Shown here piece by piece: positions 29,360 to 39,288 of a stretch of DNA of 64,000 nucleotides. The DNA is from a virus. Taxonomy: Duplodnaviria > Caudoviricetes. The notes below the pieces were generated by a model, which worked only from the letters and a program-made list of their open reading frames with translations, was not told the origin of the DNA and searched no databases. Position numbers and translations under genes: made by a program. The stretch spans positions 96,001-160,000 of the IMG/VR virus record IMGVR_UViG_3300031555_004728. One strand, given 5' to 3'. Within the stretch, counting starts at the first letter, position 1. Every line of letters starts with the position of its first letter.

Positions 29360-30272
29360 TGATTTTGTTAGATATTTAGAAAAATTATATCTAGAAGAAC
29401 CAGTATATATCTGGGGTGGTAATGGTAATCTTATAACAAAACAATTAGTAGATGATTTGATTAAAAAATACAGTTCGGAAACTTTTAATGACAAATACTA
29501 TTATAATAAACTAGCAACTAGTAAGGGTAAATTTGGATATGACGCACCAGGATTATTAAATTACATAACTGGTGAAGATAAAACAGTACTTCAATATTTT
29601 CACTCATGTATTGTTAAACGTCATATAGGTTCTATACCAGATGATAAAGTTTGTCTTGTATTTAATAAAACATTAACTCATGTTGGTATTTACTTAGGTA
29701 ATGGATATACAATTGAAATGAAAGATTCTAAAACTAATATGATGAAAGAAAGTTTTAGAATCAATAGATGGACTTATTTTGGAATGCCTGATTTTATTGA
29801 TTATGAAGAAAATATCAGTAAAATAAACTTTGCTAAATATGACAGAGTTATAAAAAATTACCAAGAATTTTTAAATACGGAAATAGATTATGTCAAAACT
29901 CCAATAACAGGGGAATTTGATTTGACTACAAAAGAAAACTCTATTAGATTATTACAGAAAGTATTCAGTAATAACTATGGATGTGTAATAAATGAAACAG
30001 GTGTTTTTGATTTATCAACAAAGAAAAATTGTCCTAACCATAAATTACTACTTAGTGATAAGAATGCATTGAGAAAGGTCATTTATGCTATAAATACTCT
30101 TTTATATTCATCAATAGATTATAAAATGGCAGATGCATTAGAAGGTGATGTATTTGATAAAAGGTATACTCCATTTTTGAAAGGTGTGCTAGCACAATAT
30201 CAATCAATACAAAGAGGATTAGAGGTTAATGGAGAAATAACACCAGAAACACTTTATTCATTATTTAAATAA
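29337..30272 (+). CDS. NlpC/P60-like protein with peptidoglycan-binding-like C-terminus, catalytic Cys apparently absent
   Basis: YIWGG...YDAPGL (canonical DCSGL)...HVGIYLGNGYTIE; C-terminal YQSIQRGLEVNGEITPET. Confidence 0.7.
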   Translation: MIERIKHSDFVRYLEKLYLEEPVYIWGGNGNLITKQLVDDLIKKYSSETFNDKYYYNKLATSKGKFGYDAPGLLNYITGEDKTVLQYFHSCIVKRHIGSIPDDKVCLVFNKTLTHVGIYLGNGYTIEMKDSKTNMMKESFRINRWTYFGMPDFIDYEENISKINFAKYDRVIKNYQEFLNTEIDYVKTPITGEFDLTTKENSIRLLQKVFSNNYGCVINETGVFDLSTKKNCPNHKLLLSDKNALRKVIYAINTLLYSSIDYKMADALEGDVFDKRYTPFLKGVLAQYQSIQRGLEVNGEITPETLYSLFK

Positions 30273-30333
30273 AGAAATTAAAACTAGAACTATTAATTTA
30301 GTTCTAGTTTTATATTTTTTAAACAATTATGTT

Positions 30334-30563
30334 AAGTGATTAGAAAGCTGCAACTAAATTAAAATACTTTTTGACATTCGGTAATTAAACTTTTGCTGGT
30401 TTAAGAAGTTTAATGATGGTGAGTTATAATACTGCCAATGTGTAATAGTTGTTTGTTCACGTCCATGGACTATTACTGTTATAACTTATCACACCTCCAT
30501 AAGAGTAAAATTTATTAGTATAAGATCGTTTAAAATACCAGTATTTTAATTTACTAATCACTT
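30334..30563 (+). ncRNA. Candidate structured non-coding RNA (family unknown)
   Basis: ORF-free gap with nested inverted repeats AAGTGATTAG/CTAATCACTT, AAATTAAAATACT/AGTATTTTAATTT, ATTAAACTT/AAGTTTAAT, AGTTATAA/TTATAACT, GTAATAGT/ACTATTAC. Confidence 0.5.
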
Positions 30564-30574
30564 GGGGCAAATAA

Positions 30575-30609
30575 ATACTTCCATACTGAAAATATCAGTA
30601 TGGAAGTAT
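30575..30609. terminator. Intrinsic terminator
   Basis: ATACTTCCATACTGA-N5-TCAGTATGGAAGTAT. Confidence 0.75.
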
Positions 30610-30616
30610 ACTTTGT

Positions 30617-33193
30617 TTAATTATATAAAATTTCTATATAATTTGATCTCTTATGATCATCTGGTTTTTGATTAATAACAGATATTACATCTACAGGATA
30701 CATTGAAAACATGTTATTATGTGAAATAACAAATACTTGTTCACCATTAATCATCTCAATCAATTTTTCAAGTATTGATATAAATTTACCTCTATTAGAT
30801 TCATCAAGTACAGAATCTAACTCATCTAAAAGCATAATATTATATCTACTCATACTTTCAAATGAAATTGCAAATGATAATGCAATTGAAAAGAATGATC
30901 TTTCACCTTGTGATGCATATCTTATATCAGATATTCTATTTCCATCTTTATTAAATGGAATAGTAAAACTATCTGCACCAATATCAAAATCTTCTATAAA
31001 TATTTTACCATCATATATTTTATCAAGTAAATCATTTACTACAGACTTTGCTTTCTTTAAATATAAGTCTATAAATATTAATGGAATACCCGTATTTGAT
31101 GATAATGATGATTTTAATATAGTCCAATCATCAAAGAATTTTTGATATACTTTTAATTCTTTTGAATACTGCTTAACTTGCTCTATATTATGTGATAAAG
31201 TTGAAATTACAGTTTGAATACGTTTCTTATCATTTTGATATGATGTTAACATAGTCTCTTGTTTATACTTATCTTCAAGTAATTTAGTCTTTAATTCTAA
31301 TTGAGATTTGGAAGTTCTATAGATTTCTTCAAGTTCTTCTTTCTTTTCTACTATCTCAATCAATGAAGTTACTTCATCACGTTCGGCAGTATCTTTTCGT
31401 ATTTTAATTTCTAATGAATGAATTTCTTCTTTAGTATCAGAAAACTTATCAAGATATTCTTTTAAAGTTTTTTCTGAATCTTTAAGATGATTTTCTAAAA
31501 TTAATAATGGCGAGTTCATTATTAAAGTATCAAGTTCTTTCTTTTTATCTTCTAGAGTCTTTTTATCAGATAAATAATTTTCATATTCTGTTATAAATGC
31601 TAACTCGTCAAAGAAAACTTTTCTATCATAAATCCATTCATTTTCTTTAATTTTTTGAAGTATAGTTTCAGTTTTTAACTGAATCTTAAGTGTATCAGGT
31701 AATTTTTCAAATAAAGATTTTTTATCTGAAAATGATAATAATACACTTTTTATATTATTATAAGCAAGTAGCATATATGAATAAAAATCTTTATTCGGTT
31801 TATCATGATCTTTAACCATATCTTTAGATAAATCATTTAATGTATTCCAAAGTTCTATAAATGAACAACTACTAGGACATCCTTTTGGAACTTTTGGAGA
31901 AAATTGTGAAATTATTCTATTAATTAAAGACCTTCCACTTTCAATCTCTTCTTCTGCTACAGCTTTTTTAATCTTACTCTCAATATATGATTTAACATCA
32001 TCACCTTTTAACATAAGTTCAATAACTTTTCTTATAGGTTCAGAACCAAATTCATATGTTGTATTAAGAATTTCCTGTTTTTCTTTTAAGAAAGATAATG
32101 AATCTTCAATATCTTTCTTAGTATAATTAATTTCACCAAACATATTCTCTCTATTTTTTATAGAAATTTCTAATGATGAAATTATACCTTTCAACCCATC
32201 AATATCAGATTGGGAAATTATATTTCTTAATTTAGTATTAGTTAAATCTATTTCTGTTCTAGATTTATCTATGGTTTCTAAATATACTGATAATGAAGAC
32301 TGAAGACTTTTTTGTCGTTCGTCACTTGTAATTATCGATGTATTAAGTATCTTTTCCCTTTCCTGAAGAGTTTTTAAACTTAAACTATCTCCTATAGAAC
32401 CCTTCATAAGTTTAGATAATTTCTTTTCAGATTCTTTCATTTTAAGTGAAACATCTTCTGGTATTTGTGATAACTGAAATGATGTTTTTCCTATACTATC
32501 AGAAATAGATATAATTGATTTTTCTATATCATCTAATTCTTCTATTCTAGTTTTAAGAATAGCCATAGATTCTTCTATATCTTCTATTTCAGTTTTCTTT
32601 ATTTTATCCATAACCATGGATATCATAGTTTTAAGAGCATTAAGCTCTGAATTTATTTTTTTAAAATAAACTAAATATACATTAACTTCCTCAAGTCTTT
32701 TAGACATGAATGTCTTTCGTTCAGCACTTTTAAGTTCAATCATATTTATTACGTTATTTCCTAAACGAATTAATTTCATGTAATCTTGTTCCATATCTAG
32801 TTCATTTTTTACAACTTCTTTGAATGATGTCACATTTCCATTAGGATTTAATTCATCACCATTCTTTTTAATATATGATTTCACAGTATGTGAAGTTTTA
32901 CTCGGTGTATAAAAATGCTCTATTTCATATTCATTTCCACCATCCAAAATTACTACTTTTTTATACCCTTTTTTATCTTTCATAATAAGTGGAAGAGCAT
33001 CTCGTTCGTCTAAAGTTCCTAATGTAGCAAATGGATTTAACTGTGATAATAAAACAGTTTTTCCATGCCCATTAGGTCCAGTTATTAAACAAATTTTGTT
33101 TTTTGTGTTTCGTAAATCTAATCTTATATAAGGTGTATGCATTGCAACATTAACACCTTCAAAGTTTTCAAGTATTAATTCACAAATTTTCAT
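30617..33193 (-). CDS. sbcC: SbcC/Rad50-like SMC-family ATPase
   Basis: Walker A GPNGHGKT, coiled coil with central CPSSC, signature ASQGE, Walker B LLDELDSVLD, VISH. Confidence 0.85.
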   Translation of the reverse strand: MKICELILENFEGVNVAMHTPYIRLDLRNTKNKICLITGPNGHGKTVLLSQLNPFATLGTLDERDALPLIMKDKKGYKKVVILDGGNEYEIEHFYTPSKTSHTVKSYIKKNGDELNPNGNVTSFKEVVKNELDMEQDYMKLIRLGNNVINMIELKSAERKTFMSKRLEEVNVYLVYFKKINSELNALKTMISMVMDKIKKTEIEDIEESMAILKTRIEELDDIEKSIISISDSIGKTSFQLSQIPEDVSLKMKESEKKLSKLMKGSIGDSLSLKTLQEREKILNTSIITSDERQKSLQSSLSVYLETIDKSRTEIDLTNTKLRNIISQSDIDGLKGIISSLEISIKNRENMFGEINYTKKDIEDSLSFLKEKQEILNTTYEFGSEPIRKVIELMLKGDDVKSYIESKIKKAVAEEEIESGRSLINRIISQFSPKVPKGCPSSCSFIELWNTLNDLSKDMVKDHDKPNKDFYSYMLLAYNNIKSVLLSFSDKKSLFEKLPDTLKIQLKTETILQKIKENEWIYDRKVFFDELAFITEYENYLSDKKTLEDKKKELDTLIMNSPLLILENHLKDSEKTLKEYLDKFSDTKEEIHSLEIKIRKDTAERDEVTSLIEIVEKKEELEEIYRTSKSQLELKTKLLEDKYKQETMLTSYQNDKKRIQTVISTLSHNIEQVKQYSKELKVYQKFFDDWTILKSSLSSNTGIPLIFIDLYLKKAKSVVNDLLDKIYDGKIFIEDFDIGADSFTIPFNKDGNRISDIRYASQGERSFFSIALSFAISFESMSRYNIMLLDELDSVLDESNRGKFISILEKLIEMINGEQVFVISHNNMFSMYPVDVISVINQKPDDHKRSNYIEILYN

Positions 33194-33271
33194 ATATAAA
33201 ATCCTTTCTCGTATTAAAAATTTGTAAAAGAAAAAATAATAAGGTATACTTAAAAAGTATACCTTATTAAA

Positions 33272-34231
33272 TTAATCTACGCAACTCATAAGAAGTTTAA
33301 ATTCTTCATCTGTAATAAAACTTTGAACTGATGATTCAAAAATTTTAAGTAAATCTTTACATCCATAATCTTCATTTGAATATAATTCGGATACAAATGC
33401 TTCAGAGATTTCACCATTTGTTACTGATTCATAAATTGCAGTATCAATGACATCTCCAAGTTCTTCAATAAAACTACAAATATCTGATTCAACAACAAAT
33501 TTCTTTTGTTGCATTTTATTTGAAATTTTATCAATAGTTTTCTCTTCATTTAAATCCGATTTTGCCCATGTATCCAAAGTTCTAATTACTTTACCAGATA
33601 CTTCATTATAAACTTCTTGTGCTTCTTTTCCTGTTATTTTTTTAGCAATAATATCTGAAACTTTCTTTGCTAAAATAGGTCCTAATAAAATACCATCAAC
33701 TAATGCTTTACTTGCATGTTTATTATTTGTAACTTTGGAACCATATGCTATCATGGTTTTAAGAGCCCAATCTAATGGACCAACAGCAATAACAGAAGAT
33801 GCAGCAATTTCACCAGTCATAACTTTTTGTTTAACTTTAAGAAGTTTTTCTTTGTGCTCTTCAAGTTTAACTTTAAGCTCATCTGGTTTATTTTTGTATT
33901 TCTTAATAATTTCTGACTTTTCTTTTGCTGTAGCAACTTTAGCAATAGCACTAGATGAAGCATCCATAGCACCTACAAGTGCTGCTGAAGGTACAGATGC
34001 TATTTTTTTAGCAACTTTAACTACACCAGAATCTTTTTTATTATCATCTAATTTTTTAGGTTCTTCTTTTTTATCAGAATCCTTATCCATATTATCATAT
34101 TTATTCTTAATAGAACGAGCTGCATCAACAGTTTTTAGACCTAAACGTCCAATAGTTCCTTTAGCACTCTCTTCTAAGACCATCTCTTTATAATTTCCAG
34201 CAATTTCTAATAATTCGTCAAAAGTAGCCAT
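33272..34231 (-). CDS. Hypothetical virion protein with ES motifs
   Basis: 319 aa, AAAGGA SD, late motif at 34257. Confidence 0.75.
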   Translation of the reverse strand: MATFDELLEIAGNYKEMVLEESAKGTIGRLGLKTVDAARSIKNKYDNMDKDSDKKEEPKKLDDNKKDSGVVKVAKKIASVPSAALVGAMDASSSAIAKVATAKEKSEIIKKYKNKPDELKVKLEEHKEKLLKVKQKVMTGEIAASSVIAVGPLDWALKTMIAYGSKVTNNKHASKALVDGILLGPILAKKVSDIIAKKITGKEAQEVYNEVSGKVIRTLDTWAKSDLNEEKTIDKISNKMQQKKFVVESDICSFIEELGDVIDTAIYESVTNGEISEAFVSELYSNEDYGCKDLLKIFESSVQSFITDEEFKLLMSCVD

Positions 34232-34290
34232 AATAAAAATTCCTTTCTTTTAATATTAAAAAATTGTTTTTATTATAACTAAAACCTAGA

Positions 34291-34596
34291 TTATAGTTTT
34301 ATATATAAAATATATAAACAGATCTGATCATTTTGATGTGGTGTTCCATTAAAATTTGATGACCAATGTCTTAATGATATTACAGCAACTTCATTTTCAG
34401 GATAATCTGTATAAATATACATTCTTGGAGATACTACATATGTTGTAAACATGTTGTATCCTATAATACCAAGTGCCCTATATCCAGATATCCCTATAGA
34501 ATAGTCAAATTCAATAACAGAATTTGTATATGATGATGGTAGAGGAACAAAAACTTTTCTCACTTCAATATTAGTTAATAATTTTTGTTGGTTGCA
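34291..34596 (-). CDS. Cassette 11: beta-rich domain
   Basis: CNQQKLLTNIEVRKVFV...GYRALGIIG...LYILYIKL*. Confidence 0.75.
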   Translation of the reverse strand, partial: CNQQKLLTNIEVRKVFVPLPSSYTNSVIEFDYSIGISGYRALGIIGYNMFTTYVVSPRMYIYTDYPENEVAVISLRHWSSNFNGTPHQNDQICLYILYIKL

Positions 34597-34673
34597 GTTT
34601 TGTTAAGTAAGATTTCTGTAATCTTCGTAAATTATCGATAACTAGAGAAATTTAACTTAACAAAATTGGTTCC
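34590..34673 (-). repeat. 84-bp hairpin repeat copy 11
   Basis: Identical to copy 2. Confidence 0.97.
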
Positions 34674-34760
34674 ACCAATCCCTCTTCTTCCCTACATATT
34701 TATATCCTCTCTAAATATATACCAAAAACATTTTTTTAATTATATAGAAGGTGATAATTT

Positions 34761-35147
34761 ATGATAACAAATATTTCAAATATTTATAAAATAAAAGATA
34801 ATGAACCAGCATTTATATGTGAAACTTTAGGTCTTTGTAAAGCAGGAGAAAAATATCCACTTCATATACCACAATTAATGCCAAAAATAGATTTCAGAAG
34901 ACCTAAAATAGAAGTAGTTAGATCTAGAGGAACTCTCTGTTTTAAAAATAGTTCTAAATGTAGAGTATTAACTGCATCAGTTATAAAAACTCAAAACTAT
35001 TTAAATATTCCATTTGAACGAAATAAATCATGGGATTCTCAATATGATATTGATGATGCTGGAAATAAATTTATTAGAAAAGGGACTAAAGTTATTTGTA
35101 AATGTCCTACATCATCCATTAAGGATATGACATTTTCAAATGATTAA
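34761..35147 (+). CDS. Hypothetical protein, probably baseplate-associated
   Basis: 128 aa, AAGGTG SD, late motif, co-transcribed with next gene. Confidence 0.65.
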   Translation: MITNISNIYKIKDNEPAFICETLGLCKAGEKYPLHIPQLMPKIDFRRPKIEVVRSRGTLCFKNSSKCRVLTASVIKTQNYLNIPFERNKSWDSQYDIDDAGNKFIRKGTKVICKCPTSSIKDMTFSND

Positions 35148-35161
35148 GGTGGTGATTTTAA

Positions 35162-35578
35162 ATGACTAAAAATTATGATACAATAGAAAACCAAGTTAAT
35201 AGTGAGAGTAAAGATGATCTTGGATATAGGGAGTATATAAGTAAACTTAGTATAACTGATGAAAGGTCTGGAGATACAATAGTTATTCCATATGAAAATA
35301 TAATCAATACTTATAGAGATTATTTAAAAGATTATGTTGTTGAAGAGGAATTGAATGATGAGATGTATATGAAATATAAACAAAATCCTCAAACTATTTC
35401 TGAAGCATTATATGGAACTATACATTTATGGCATACCATTTTGGAATTAAATGGATGTATTAGTAGATTAGATTTAGTTGGTAAGAAGATTAAGTATTAT
35501 AATCCTACAGTTATAGAAACTCTTCTTAATGAGGTTTTGTTAAAACATGATCAAGTAAATTCAATAAATATCTATTAA
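35162..35578 (+). CDS. Baseplate wedge protein, T4 gp53/LysM-like
   Basis: PQTISEALYGTIHLWHTILELNG matches the PDxIAxxxYGxxxxWWxILxxN pattern. Confidence 0.65.
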   Translation: MTKNYDTIENQVNSESKDDLGYREYISKLSITDERSGDTIVIPYENIINTYRDYLKDYVVEEELNDEMYMKYKQNPQTISEALYGTIHLWHTILELNGCISRLDLVGKKIKYYNPTVIETLLNEVLLKHDQVNSINIY

Positions 35579-35615
35579 TAAAAGGATATCTGGATTTCCA
35601 GATATCCTTTTATTT

Positions 35616-35975
35616 TTATTTTATCCCAGCAACTGTAACCCAATAAGGTTGAGAAGTCCCCTCTGCTGGTAAATTATACATCCGTATATCAATCTGTGTA
35701 TCAGATATTGCATGAATATCTGCATATGCAGGTGGATTTAAAAATGAATATATTAATCTAGTTTTACTACCTTCAGAATTAATGCTATTATAAAATAAAG
35801 ACATTTCTAACATCATTGAATCTAATATGATATTAGCACTTGCTAAATATAAATGAACATATTTAAATTCCGAAAATTTCATTCCATTAATCAATGTTAA
35901 TTGACCAGAATATGAACCGTTAGCTGATGCAGTAGCAATAATTATTCTATTCTTTAACATCTCTTGTTGGTTGCA
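35616..35975 (-). CDS. Cassette 12: beta-rich domain
   Basis: CNQQE then MLKNRII...KFSEFKYV...VTVAGIK*. Confidence 0.75.
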   Translation of the reverse strand, partial: CNQQEMLKNRIIIATASANGSYSGQLTLINGMKFSEFKYVHLYLASANIILDSMMLEMSLFYNSINSEGSKTRLIYSFLNPPAYADIHAISDTQIDIRMYNLPAEGTSQPYWVTVAGIK

Positions 35976-36052
35976 GTTTTGTTAAGTAAGTTTTCTGTAA
36001 TTCTCGTAAATTACCAATAGATAGAGAAAGTTAACTTAACAAAATTGGTTCC
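35969..36052 (-). repeat. 84-bp hairpin repeat copy 12
   Basis: Identical to copy 14. Confidence 0.97.
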
Positions 36053-36061
36053 CCTCCCAAA

Positions 36062-36493
36062 TTATAAATCTTTTATTTTTATAACTTCAGCATATGTTCC
36101 TGCAATACCATCATTAACTGTAAATGCTTGAATTGTGTAAACTCCAAATTGCATTCCCTTTGTACATCTAACAAGTGCAATCATATCTGTAGTTGTATGA
36201 GTTCCATATTCAATATCATTTCCTATATAACTAGCAGAACCGTATTCATGTAATATAAACCATGATCTTTTCTCAGTTGTACTAGAAGTAGAACCTAGTA
36301 TATGTATATGTATTATAGCTAACATATCTTGTTGAATATTGATATAACCACCTCTATCAAATGTAGCTATTTCAGAATCTATAAGGCTTTCATCAGTATC
36401 ATCTTGAAAGAATGAAACATATTTTGAAGATGCTAATGAGTATGTATTTTTGGTATAACCAATTGAACTTTTAAACATTTCTTGTTGGTTGCA
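36062..36493 (-). CDS. Cassette 13: beta-sandwich (C1q/BclA-like?) domain
   Basis: CNQQE then MFKSSIG...GTYAEVIKIKDL*. Confidence 0.7.
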   Translation of the reverse strand, partial: CNQQEMFKSSIGYTKNTYSLASSKYVSFFQDDTDESLIDSEIATFDRGGYINIQQDMLAIIHIHILGSTSSTTEKRSWFILHEYGSASYIGNDIEYGTHTTTDMIALVRCTKGMQFGVYTIQAFTVNDGIAGTYAEVIKIKDL

Positions 36494-36570
36494 GTTTTGT
36501 TAAGTAAGGTTTCTGTAATCCTCGTGAATTATCGAAAGATAGAGAAAGTTAACTTAACAAAATTGGTTCC
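36487..36570 (-). repeat. 84-bp hairpin repeat copy 13
   Basis: Loop allele shared with copy 9. Confidence 0.97.
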
Positions 36571-36785
36571 CCCTCCCCCTCCAATACTATTAAAAATGAA
36601 AAGGTTTGAGTAGTCCATAAAAATGGACTACTCAATATTACTAATGACTAAGAGAACGTCAGTACATAAGAACTGACTCTGGTATATTAAACCAAGTAGT
36701 TTACTTCTAACTACTTACTATAAAGTTTAATAAATATAAAAATAAAAGATAAGAGATTTTCTCTTATCTTTTATTTTTTATCTTA

Positions 36786-38330
36786 TTAATTCATTGCATA
36801 TTCTTTAGCAATTCTTTCAACATCCATTGTGTTAAAACTTTCAAGATATAATGCTTTTGAAATATTGAGAAGTGTATACTCAGTAATAGCATTGTCAAAT
36901 GCTGCTTCTTTTACTTCTTTATTTTCATACTTAGCAATTAATGATTTAATAATATCAACAACACCAACTACATAAGTAATTGCTGCTGAATAATAGTACA
37001 AATCTGCTACATAATATTCAAGTGCAATTTCATATACCTTGATAACATCTTTAGGATTATCACATTTGTTAGCCTTAGTTGAAACATATGTAGATGCTTT
37101 ATTTACATATGATTTAACATCAGGATTTTCGAAAAATGAATCTAATGCCGAAACTGCTTTATTCATTTCTGAAATAGCATCTTCAAGTTTGTATACTTTT
37201 GAGTTTGATTTACATTCAAACATTTCTTTTTTCTTAGATTCCATCATTCCTTTTACAGATGCTCTATAATCTTCAACTTCTTTCTTAACAGAATCAAGAT
37301 CATTTGGAGCTTTTACTGTAAGTTCTCCTGTTACAACAGGACTCTTTAAGATATCCTTAGCCATTTTACTAAGTTTCTTAATATTAATAGGAACAATTTT
37401 ACTTCTATACTCACTATAAATTGCTTTGTACATTCCTTCTATACTTGCAATAAATGTAGGATGAGATTTTGAAATTGTTACTTTAGCATCAGATTCTGCT
37501 TTAGCTTTAAAAGATGCTTTGATTTTGTCAATAACACCTTCAGTCACATATTCAGGAATATTAAATTCCGTTTCACCTATTTTAGAATCTGCTGATTCCA
37601 TAGCATTAAATTTGCTAATCATTACTCCTTCAAATAATGAAGGTGTATAAATAGAAGTTGTTTTTCCTACTTCTCTTTCTTTTAATGCTTCCATAAGTGC
37701 AGACTCTGTAGTTATTGATTCATCATTTGTAAGTTCTTCTTCTAAAGCGAGTCTATCTTCTTTTTCTTTTTTTGCAAGTTCAACTTCTGTAATAGCAGTA
37801 TCTCTTACATTATCTTTGATAACATCAGCCAAATCATCAAGATGGTTATCACGAATAACAGCTGATAATTTATCTGTAATTTCTGGTGTCATCTTGAAAT
37901 CATAATCTTCTTCTGTAATAGATTCTGGATTTAATGTTTTCTCCATATATTCACCATTTACGATTTTTTGAACTGATTCGTATACATTCTTGATTACTGA
38001 TGTATTTTTAGGGTTCTTTCTGATAGCTTCTTTTACATAGAATTCTAATCCTTTTCCACAAGATCTTCTTGCGATATAATCTGAAACAAATTTATCTAAA
38101 TCAGGAGTATCTGCTACTCTACCGTTTACTTCAGGAATTGCATTCATACAGATCTTTGAAAGAATGTGATTCATGCAAGTATCAACACCCTTTTGTTTTG
38201 TCTCATTTAAACGACGCAATTTGATAGTTGGATCATTATTGATACTATCGTATGCATTGTCAAGAGAGCGTTGTTTATTAACTTCATCAATGAAGTTAAT
38301 TACTGTATTTTTTCCATCTAAAGGATTCAT
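36786..38330 (-). CDS. Hypothetical virion protein with ES motifs
   Basis: 514 aa, AAAGGA SD, late motif at 38360. Confidence 0.75.
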   Translation of the reverse strand: MNPLDGKNTVINFIDEVNKQRSLDNAYDSINNDPTIKLRRLNETKQKGVDTCMNHILSKICMNAIPEVNGRVADTPDLDKFVSDYIARRSCGKGLEFYVKEAIRKNPKNTSVIKNVYESVQKIVNGEYMEKTLNPESITEEDYDFKMTPEITDKLSAVIRDNHLDDLADVIKDNVRDTAITEVELAKKEKEDRLALEEELTNDESITTESALMEALKEREVGKTTSIYTPSLFEGVMISKFNAMESADSKIGETEFNIPEYVTEGVIDKIKASFKAKAESDAKVTISKSHPTFIASIEGMYKAIYSEYRSKIVPINIKKLSKMAKDILKSPVVTGELTVKAPNDLDSVKKEVEDYRASVKGMMESKKKEMFECKSNSKVYKLEDAISEMNKAVSALDSFFENPDVKSYVNKASTYVSTKANKCDNPKDVIKVYEIALEYYVADLYYYSAAITYVVGVVDIIKSLIAKYENKEVKEAAFDNAITEYTLLNISKALYLESFNTMDVERIAKEYAMN

Positions 38331-38420
38331 ATCTTTTTACATCCTTTCTTTAATAGTTTTAGTATAATGTTTTTAGTTGATAATATTATGTCAATAACTA
38401 TTAAAGATATTTATTTAAAA

Positions 38421-38756
38421 TTATGACTTTCCAATTATTAATACTGCTATCGATAAAATATGTCCACTTACAAGTCCACCATCTGGATAATTAGCTAATA
38501 AACGCAATCTTTTATTTGATGGTTCTGGTGCAGATGATAGAGTTATAGTATTTGTACAAGGAGTTTGACTAACATGATTTACTGTAAGATGTATAGTACA
38601 TTTTGCATATAAACCACTATCAAAAAATCCTGCTGGTAATAATTCACCTTCAGTAATATAAGTTTCTAATAAATTATTTGATGAGTAGTACATAGTTATA
38701 TTAAATGAACTAATTATTTTATATTTAAAATAATCTTCTTTTTCTTCTTGGTTGCA
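38421..38756 (-). CDS. Cassette 14: beta-rich domain
   Basis: CNQEEKEDYFKYKII...IAVLIIGKS*. Confidence 0.75.
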   Translation of the reverse strand, partial: CNQEEKEDYFKYKIISSFNITMYYSSNNLLETYITEGELLPAGFFDSGLYAKCTIHLTVNHVSQTPCTNTITLSSAPEPSNKRLRLLANYPDGGLVSGHILSIAVLIIGKS

Positions 38757-38833
38757 GTTTTGTTAAGTAAGTTTTCTGTAATTCTCGTAAATTACCAATA
38801 GATAGAGAAAGTTAACTTAACAAAATTGGTTCC
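38750..38833 (-). repeat. 84-bp hairpin repeat copy 14
   Basis: Identical to copy 12. Confidence 0.97.
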
Positions 38834-38837
38834 CCCC

Positions 38838-39128
38838 TTATAAATATCTTTCAATAAAAGAGCCATTTTCACATCTAAGATGACATAACGCTCCAGCAAA
38901 ATTATGTATAAATATAGATCCATATAATCGTGATGTGTAAATATATCCTTGAAATAGGTGTAATCCTGATGACCATATAATTCCACTTAATAATCTATCT
39001 GATGGAAGATTATTCCATTCTTGTTTTAAAGTATCTATAGGTCCATCACTACCTTCTAATAACATATTGATAGAATCGTTCACAGATATTAATTGGTTTA
39101 TAATATCTTGCTGATCCAGTTGGTTGCA
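38838..39128 (-). CDS. Cassette 15
   Basis: CNQLDQQDIINQLISVNDS...CENGSFIERYL*; stop 4 bp before repeat copy 14. Confidence 0.7.
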   Translation of the reverse strand, partial: CNQLDQQDIINQLISVNDSINMLLEGSDGPIDTLKQEWNNLPSDRLLSGIIWSSGLHLFQGYIYTSRLYGSIFIHNFAGALCHLRCENGSFIERYL

Positions 39129-39205
39129 GTTTTGTTAAGTAAGATTTCTGTAATTCTCGTAAATTATCGATAACTAGAGAAATTTAACTTAACAAAATTG
39201 GTTCC
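39122..39205 (-). repeat. 84-bp hairpin repeat copy 15
   Basis: Consensus match. Confidence 0.97.
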
Positions 39206-39288
39206 CCTACCCAGTCTGCTATAATAATAATTCCATATAATTTAGTACTGAAAACAATTTATTAATCGGATATTAGCGAGGTGAAAAT

